This document shows positions 58,505 to 64,000 of a stretch of DNA of 64,000 nt, one piece after another (within the stretch, counting starts at the first letter, position 1; each line of letters opens with the position of its first letter). Made by a program: the position numbers and the translations under genes. A model generated the notes under the pieces. The model was not told where the DNA came from, ran no database searches, and saw only the letters and a list, made by a program, of their open reading frames with translations. This DNA comes from Dehalococcoidia bacterium. Lineage in GTDB: Bacteria; Chloroflexota; Dehalococcoidia; UBA2979. The DNA lies in the NCBI GenBank assembly GCA_964291495.2, contig OZ219872.1:544001-608000 (forward strand), given 5' to 3'.

Positions 58505-59257
58505 ATGACTACCCGGTTCGAGGGCAAGGTGGCGCTGGTCACCGGAGGCGGCTCCGGCATTGCGCAGGCCGTCTGCCTGCGTTTCGCAGCCGACGGCGCG
58601 AGCGTCGCCGTCGCCGACATCGACGCGGACGCCGCGCGCGCGAGCGTCGCGACGATCGAGGAGCAGGGCGGCGTCGCGACCGCCATCGAGGGCGACGTGA
58701 CCGTCGCCGCCGACGCGGAGCGGATCGTCGCCGAGACCGTCGCGGCCTTCGGACGGCTCGACATCCTCGCCAACGTGGTCGGCGGCAGCCTGCCGCAGTT
58801 CAGCGTCGTCGACCTGCCCGAGGAGGAGTGGCGCGACCTGCTGGAGATGAACCTCACGAGCGTCTTCTTGATGTCGAAGCACGCAATCCCGCACATCGCC
58901 GAGGCGGGGGGCGGGGCAATCGTCAACGTCTCGTCCGGCTCGGGCGTTTCCGGCCAGCCGCTCAACCCCGGCTACGTCGCCGCCAAGGGCGGCGTGATCG
59001 CGCTCACCAAGGGCATGGCGCTGGACCACGCCGCGCAGAACATCCGCGTGAACTGCGTCGCGCCGGGACCGGTGCTGACGCCGCTGATGCGCCGCAACCG
59101 CACGCCCGAGGAGATCGAGGGCTTCGGGCGGCTCAACCCTCTCGGCCGGGTGGGTCTGCCCGAGGAACTGGCGGATGCCATCACCTATCTCGCATCCGAT
59201 CAGGCCTCGTTCATCACGGGGCAGACCGTCAACGTCGACGGCGGCGTGAACCGCTGA
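58505..59257 (+). CDS. SDR family oxidoreductase
   Basis: TGGGSGI, YVAAK, GQTVNVDGG. Confidence 0.92.
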   Translation: MTTRFEGKVALVTGGGSGIAQAVCLRFAADGASVAVADIDADAARASVATIEEQGGVATAIEGDVTVAADAERIVAETVAAFGRLDILANVVGGSLPQFSVVDLPEEEWRDLLEMNLTSVFLMSKHAIPHIAEAGGGAIVNVSSGSGVSGQPLNPGYVAAKGGVIALTKGMALDHAAQNIRVNCVAPGPVLTPLMRRNRTPEEIEGFGRLNPLGRVGLPEELADAITYLASDQASFITGQTVNVDGGVNR

Positions 59258-59276
59258 GCGGAGGAACCCAAGAGCG

Positions 59277-59864
59277 ATGACGAGCGAGACCGACATCCTC
59301 CGCGACGACGTGATCCGCATGGTCGAACGCGAGCCCGCCAGCCTCGAGGAGCGGGTCGCGCGCCTGGAGGCGAAGGAGGCGATCCACGACCTGATGATGC
59401 GCTACGGCCACTTCTCCGACGCTCGCGACACGGAGGGCGTGCTCGCGCTCTACACCGACGACGTGGAGCGCGTGCTCACGGGCACCCTCGACGAGCGCGT
59501 GCACGGCAAGGACACGCTGCGCGAGCTGTACCGCAACCCCGTGCTGCCGACGCGGGACGGGAAGTCCCTCGGCGAGGCCTCGCGCTACCGGCGCGGGCGC
59601 CGGACGACGGTGCGGCACATGTTCGCCGCGCCGCTGGTCCGCCTCTCCGACGACGGCAACGAAGGCTGGCTGACCTCGTACTTCACGCTCGTGCGCAGCG
59701 TCGCGAGCGCCGAGGGCTTCGAGCGCCACGTCCACGAGGGCACATACACCTTTACGTTCGTGCGCCTCGAGGAGGGCTGGCGAATCAGCAAGATGGTCGT
59801 CGATACCGAGATTGGGCACGACCGCGGCTACAACCCCGCGGCGACAAAGGAGGCGAGCGCGTGA
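59277..59864 (+). CDS. SnoaL/NTF2-like protein
   Basis: LEAKEAIHDLMMRYG..D, GWRI motif. Confidence 0.85.
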   Translation: MTSETDILRDDVIRMVEREPASLEERVARLEAKEAIHDLMMRYGHFSDARDTEGVLALYTDDVERVLTGTLDERVHGKDTLRELYRNPVLPTRDGKSLGEASRYRRGRRTTVRHMFAAPLVRLSDDGNEGWLTSYFTLVRSVASAEGFERHVHEGTYTFTFVRLEEGWRISKMVVDTEIGHDRGYNPAATKEASA

Positions 59865-60979
59865 TGGCAGAGATCCCGACCACCTGCAAGGCAGCCGCGA
59901 TGGTCGGCGCGGGCAAGCCGATGGAGCTGATCGACGTGCGCGTGCCCCAGGAGCTGGAGCCCGGCGGCATCCTCGTCAAGATGTCGATGGCCTCGATCTG
60001 CGCGACCGACGTGCATGCCTGGGAGGGCTCGTCGTCGTTCGCCGAGGACGAGTTCCCGAGCATCCTCGGCCACGAGATGACCGGGCGCATCGCGCGCAGC
60101 GAGGGCCGCACCCACGACTCGATCGGCACGCCGCTGCGCGAGGGCGACCGCATCGTCTGGACGCACGGCTTCTGCGGGAGCTGCCTCAACTGCATCGTGG
60201 AGCACGAGCGCACGCTCTGCCTCAACCGCCGCCGCTGGCACGGCTCGACCGAGGAGTTCCCCTACCTCACCGGCGGCTTCGCCGAGTACGGCTACGTCTT
60301 CCCCACCTCCGGGTGCGTGCGCGTGCCGGACGACGTGCCGGACGAGGTCGCCGCCGCGGTCTCCTGCGCGCTGCGCACGGTGATCCACGGCCTCGACCGC
60401 GTCGGCGAGCTCGACGACCGCCATCGGGTCGTGATCCAGGGTTCGGGCCCGCTCGGCCTGTTCACCCTCGCGCGCGTCGTCACGGGCGGACCGCCCGACC
60501 CGATCGTGATCGGCGGGCCGACGCGCCGCCTCGAGCTCGCGCGCAAGTGGGGCGCGGGGCACACACTCGACATCGACGAGGTTCCCGACCCCGCCGAGCG
60601 CCACGCGCAGGTGATGGAGTGGACGGATGGCCTCGGCGCAGACGTGGTGATCGAGGTCTCCGGTGCGAAGAGCGCCTTCCCCGAGGGCTTCGCGATGCTG
60701 CGGCGCGGCGGGCGCTACCTGGTGATCGGCCAGCTGCACGGCGAGACGTTCCCGTTCGCGCCCTCGGACATCGTGCGCAAGCACGCGCGGATCATCGGGA
60801 CGTCCTCGGCGGCGGTGCAGCACTACCACCGCGCGCTGGAGTTCGTGCGTCGCCACCGCGACCGCTTCGACTGGATGGAGATGATCTCCAACCACTACCC
60901 GCTCGAGCGCATCAACGAGGCGATGGTCGGGATGCAGCGCTGGGAGGAGATCAAGCCCGCGATCACCTTCCCGGACTAG
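59861..60979 (+). CDS. Zn-dependent alcohol dehydrogenase
   Basis: ICATDVH, GHE, CGSCLNC..C, GSGPLG. Confidence 0.93.
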   Translation: MMAEIPTTCKAAAMVGAGKPMELIDVRVPQELEPGGILVKMSMASICATDVHAWEGSSSFAEDEFPSILGHEMTGRIARSEGRTHDSIGTPLREGDRIVWTHGFCGSCLNCIVEHERTLCLNRRRWHGSTEEFPYLTGGFAEYGYVFPTSGCVRVPDDVPDEVAAAVSCALRTVIHGLDRVGELDDRHRVVIQGSGPLGLFTLARVVTGGPPDPIVIGGPTRRLELARKWGAGHTLDIDEVPDPAERHAQVMEWTDGLGADVVIEVSGAKSAFPEGFAMLRRGGRYLVIGQLHGETFPFAPSDIVRKHARIIGTSSAAVQHYHRALEFVRRHRDRFDWMEMISNHYPLERINEAMVGMQRWEEIKPAITFPD

Positions 60980-60985
60980 GGGCTG

Positions 60986-61459
60986 CTACTCCTGCGACAG
61001 TCTTCGCCCGCCGAGGCCGATCGTCGCCAGACCGAGCGCCAGCCCGACCGGCGCGATCGCCAGCGCGGCGGGCACCGGCGCATGGCCGGCCGAGCCGGTC
61101 ACGACGTCGGCCATGCTCACGCCGGCCGGCTCCTTCGGCCCGTGGCTGTGGGAGTGTCCATCCTCGGCAGGTTCCGTAGCGAGATTCGCGTCGATGTGCT
61201 GCCAGACCCCGAGGGCCGCGCTGACGATGGCCAGGATGGCCACCGCGCGCGCCAGCCGGATCGTCGCCGCCGTCCGGCGAACGACGAGGGCCAGCGTGGC
61301 CACGCTGATGATGCCCAGCGTGATCCACGGCGCCAGCTGCCAGGCGCTGAGCCAGTGCCGTTCGTAGGCGAGCGCGAGGGCGCTGCCGGCCACGCCCAGC
61401 ACGACCAGCAGGAGCAGTCCCGCCCGCAGCCCTCCCGCTGCGCCATCACCTCTCAGCAT
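60986..61459 (-). CDS. Hypothetical membrane protein with His-rich loop
   Basis: Hydrophobic helices, GHSHSH; start uncertain (61459 or 61501). Confidence 0.6.
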   Translation of the reverse strand: MLRGDGAAGGLRAGLLLLVVLGVAGSALALAYERHWLSAWQLAPWITLGIISVATLALVVRRTAATIRLARAVAILAIVSAALGVWQHIDANLATEPAEDGHSHSHGPKEPAGVSMADVVTGSAGHAPVPAALAIAPVGLALGLATIGLGGRRLSQE

Positions 61460-61671
61460 GTCGGTCACGGTCGTTGCAGCACCTTCGTCGTAGCGACCCA
61501 CCGTGCAGGCGTCTCGAAGTCGGCGAGGTCGTCTGGAGACGCTGTATCACTTATCGAGTTCACGAGTCAAACCGCAGGGGCCGGTGGAAGGCCGCGGCCC
61601 ACGCCGACAGCCGTCGGCGGTCGGTCCGCCACCGCGTCCGTGAGTCCCTCGGAGGCAGGTTCGCCGACCCG

Positions 61672-61842
61672 GCGGCCTCTCCCCGAGGGAGAGCGTGGGG
61701 GAGCGCGCTACGGTTCGGCCGGAGTCCCCCTCACCCCCGCCTTCCCCCGCCAGGGGGGAGGGAGCCGGATCGCCCCTCGAGGGGCCTTTGCGCCGATCCG
61801 GTCCCCTCTCCCCCGGCGGGAGAGGGTTAGGGTGAGGGGGAC
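61672..61842. repeat. Mosaic repeat with inverted pair of triplex motifs
   Basis: CCCCCTCACCCCCGCCTTCCCCC..GGGGGAGGG and CCCCTCTCCC..GGGAGAGGGTTAGGGTGAGGGGG. Confidence 0.8.
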
Positions 61843-61959
61843 GGCGCGCTGCGCCGCTCTGGCGGCCACCAGGGCGCGGCCCGCGACCAGCGCGGGCAGG
61901 TGGTATAAACCATCGTGGCGCGCGGGGCGCGCGCCCGCCGAAAGGGGATCCCACCAGCA

Positions 61960-63258
61960 ATGACGACCACCGAGGAACGGCAGTTCCCCAAGATCACCGA
62001 CGAGGGCCTGGCGGGGCTGCGTGCACGGCGGGGCATCCCCGCGATGCGCGGCGACCGCCAGAAGTACACACAGATCAACGCCGACGCCGTGCGCGGCTTC
62101 TCGCTCGGCGCGGGCGACACGAACCCCCTCTACACGAACGAGGACTACGCCCGGAACTCGAGCTGGGGCACGATCGTCGCGCCGCCATGCATCCTCCTCG
62201 GGACGGGCATCCAGGAGGGCCGCGATCTGACCGCCGCCGAGCGCGAGTCCGGCCGCGGCGGCGGCCTGCCCGGCGTCCACGGCATGTACTCCGGCCACGA
62301 CTGGGAGTGGTACCAGCCGATGGTCGAGGGCGACCGCATCTACCGCGTGCAGTACGAGGCCGGCTTCTCCCTCAAGCAGGGCCAGTTCGCCGGCCGCCAG
62401 GTCCTCCAGCACATGGAGACCCTCTACCGCAACCAGAACCACGAGGTGGTCTGCAAGGCCGTGCACTGGCGCTTCCGCACCGAGCGCAACACCGCGGCAC
62501 GGCGCAAGAGCGTCTTCCGCGAGCCGACCGTCTGGTCCGACGAGGAGCTCGCCCGCATCGACGAGGCCTACGCGAACGAGATCCCGCGCGGCGCCGAGCC
62601 GCGCTACTGGGAGGACGTGAACGTCGGCGACGAGATGGGCGAGATGGTGCGCGGGCCCTTCCGCATCACGGACGCCGTCTCCTGGGAGACCGGCGCGGGC
62701 GGCCCCTACGCGCGCACCGGCCGCTCCGACTACGAGTTCCGCCAGCGCCACTTCGGCGCCTACGCCCGCGACAAGCAGCGCGTCTGGGACATCGTCGAGC
62801 GCGTGCACTGGGAGGACGACTTCGCGCGCGAGGTCGGCGTCCCCGCGGCCTACGACTACGGCGCGCAGCGCATCGCCTGGAGCGCCAGCTTCATGACCAA
62901 CTGGATGGGCGACGACGCCTGGTTGAAGCGCCTCTGGGTCCAGATCCGCAGGTTCGGCATCATCGGCGACCTCCAGACCTACCAGGGACGCGTCATCGAC
63001 AAGCGCGTCGAGGACGGCGAGTACCAGGTCGTCTGCGACTTCTGGGCGACGAACCAGCTCGGCGAGACCACCGCGCCCGGGCAGGCGATCGTCGTACTGC
63101 CCTCGCGCGAGGGCGGGATGCCGAAGCTGCCGGCGAGCGGTCAGCCGGCGTACCCGACGTGGGGCCCGGAGACCGTGCTCGAGCCGCTCGGCCTGCCCCC
63201 GGTGGAGCCCGGCCCGCAGGCGCACGACTACAAGCACGTCGGCGTCCCGGACCAGTAG
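61960..63258 (+). CDS. Tandem MaoC/hot-dog dehydratase-domain protein (paralog of 49351-50652)
   Basis: Shared blocks GGGLPGVHGM, ARIDEAYANE.PRGAEPRYWEDV, YDYG.QRIAW. Confidence 0.88.
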   Translation: MTTTEERQFPKITDEGLAGLRARRGIPAMRGDRQKYTQINADAVRGFSLGAGDTNPLYTNEDYARNSSWGTIVAPPCILLGTGIQEGRDLTAAERESGRGGGLPGVHGMYSGHDWEWYQPMVEGDRIYRVQYEAGFSLKQGQFAGRQVLQHMETLYRNQNHEVVCKAVHWRFRTERNTAARRKSVFREPTVWSDEELARIDEAYANEIPRGAEPRYWEDVNVGDEMGEMVRGPFRITDAVSWETGAGGPYARTGRSDYEFRQRHFGAYARDKQRVWDIVERVHWEDDFAREVGVPAAYDYGAQRIAWSASFMTNWMGDDAWLKRLWVQIRRFGIIGDLQTYQGRVIDKRVEDGEYQVVCDFWATNQLGETTAPGQAIVVLPSREGGMPKLPASGQPAYPTWGPETVLEPLGLPPVEPGPQAHDYKHVGVPDQ

Positions 63259-63271
63259 CCGGAGGCGGCCG

Positions 63272-64000
63272 GTGACCGAGGCGCAGGCGGCGCTGGAGCC
63301 GACGTTCGCGGGACCGCTCTCGCACCTGCGCATCCTCGAGATCGCGGAGCAGGTGCCGGGCCCCTTCGCCGGACGCCTGCTGCACGACCTCGGCGCGGCG
63401 GTCACGAAGGTCGAACGCCCCGGCAGCGGCGACTCCTCGAGGCAGATCGGCCCCTTCCGGGACGACGAGCCGGACCCCGAGGCGAGTGGGCTCTTCAGCT
63501 ACTTCAACCGCGGCAAGCGCTCGGTCACGATCGACTGGACGCAGCCGGACGGCCGTGAACTGCTGGGCCGCCTGCTCGAGGAGAGCGATGTCCTGATCGT
63601 CGACGAGCGGTTCGGTGCGAGCCACGACGAGCTGCTCGCGCTCTGCGAGGAGCACGCCGGCGGCGAGCGCGCCCTCAGCGTGGTCTCGATCACGCCGTTC
63701 GGCCTCACCGGGCCGCGCGCGCACTGGCGCGGCAGTCCGGCGACGATCAGCGCCTACGGAGGACTCACGCTCTACTTCGGCGAGGAGGACCGCGCGCCGA
63801 TCCCGCCACCGCAGGACCTCGCGCTGACGCAGGGCGGCCTCGCGGTCGCGATCGCGACGCTGCTGACCGTGCTCGGGCGAGACGGACAGCCGGGCCGCGG
63901 CCAGGTGGCGGACATCTCGATCGCGGACGTGCTCTCCTCGGTGCACACGGGGCTGGCGGCGACGCACTGGGTGTTCGACAGCCGGCAGTTCCAGCGCCAC
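63272..64000 (+). CDS. CaiB/BaiF CoA transferase (3' truncated by window)
   Basis: GPLSHLRILE, GPFAGRLLHDLGAAVTKVERP, YFNRGKRSVTIDW. Confidence 0.88.
   Translation, partial: MTEAQAALEPTFAGPLSHLRILEIAEQVPGPFAGRLLHDLGAAVTKVERPGSGDSSRQIGPFRDDEPDPEASGLFSYFNRGKRSVTIDWTQPDGRELLGRLLEESDVLIVDERFGASHDELLALCEEHAGGERALSVVSITPFGLTGPRAHWRGSPATISAYGGLTLYFGEEDRAPIPPPQDLALTQGGLAVAIATLLTVLGRDGQPGRGQVADISIADVLSSVHTGLAATHWVFDSRQFQRH

Overview
Very GC-rich bacterial chromosomal window. The gene content (many LLM, SDR, CaiB CoA-transferase, enoyl-CoA hydratase, thiolase-like/DUF35 and tandem MaoC paralogs) suggests Chloroflexota/Dehalococcoidia of SAR202-like type; this is inference only. It has about 62 CDS. 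These include an M16 protease pair with ppk2, a tal-pgi/gnd/ROK operon, Prim-PolC and LigC repair genes, a hicBA module with a frameshifted toxin, a KamA-family radical SAM gene under a c-di-AMP (ydaO) riboswitch, a Fur-regulator Co/Ni ECF operon, tRNA-Lys(UUU), and a YeeE/TusA/rhodanese sulfur cluster. Ten intergenic regions carry a modular repeat family: about two dozen intrastrand-triplex-type motifs, two other palindrome types, and in places GAGACC...GGTCTC terminal inverted repeats. The best leads are these mosaic MITE-like repeats, the riboswitch-controlled orphan aminomutase, and small gene cassettes bounded by imperfect direct repeats. No CRISPR, transposase or integrase is visible. 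All calls come from reading motifs by eye, without database searches.
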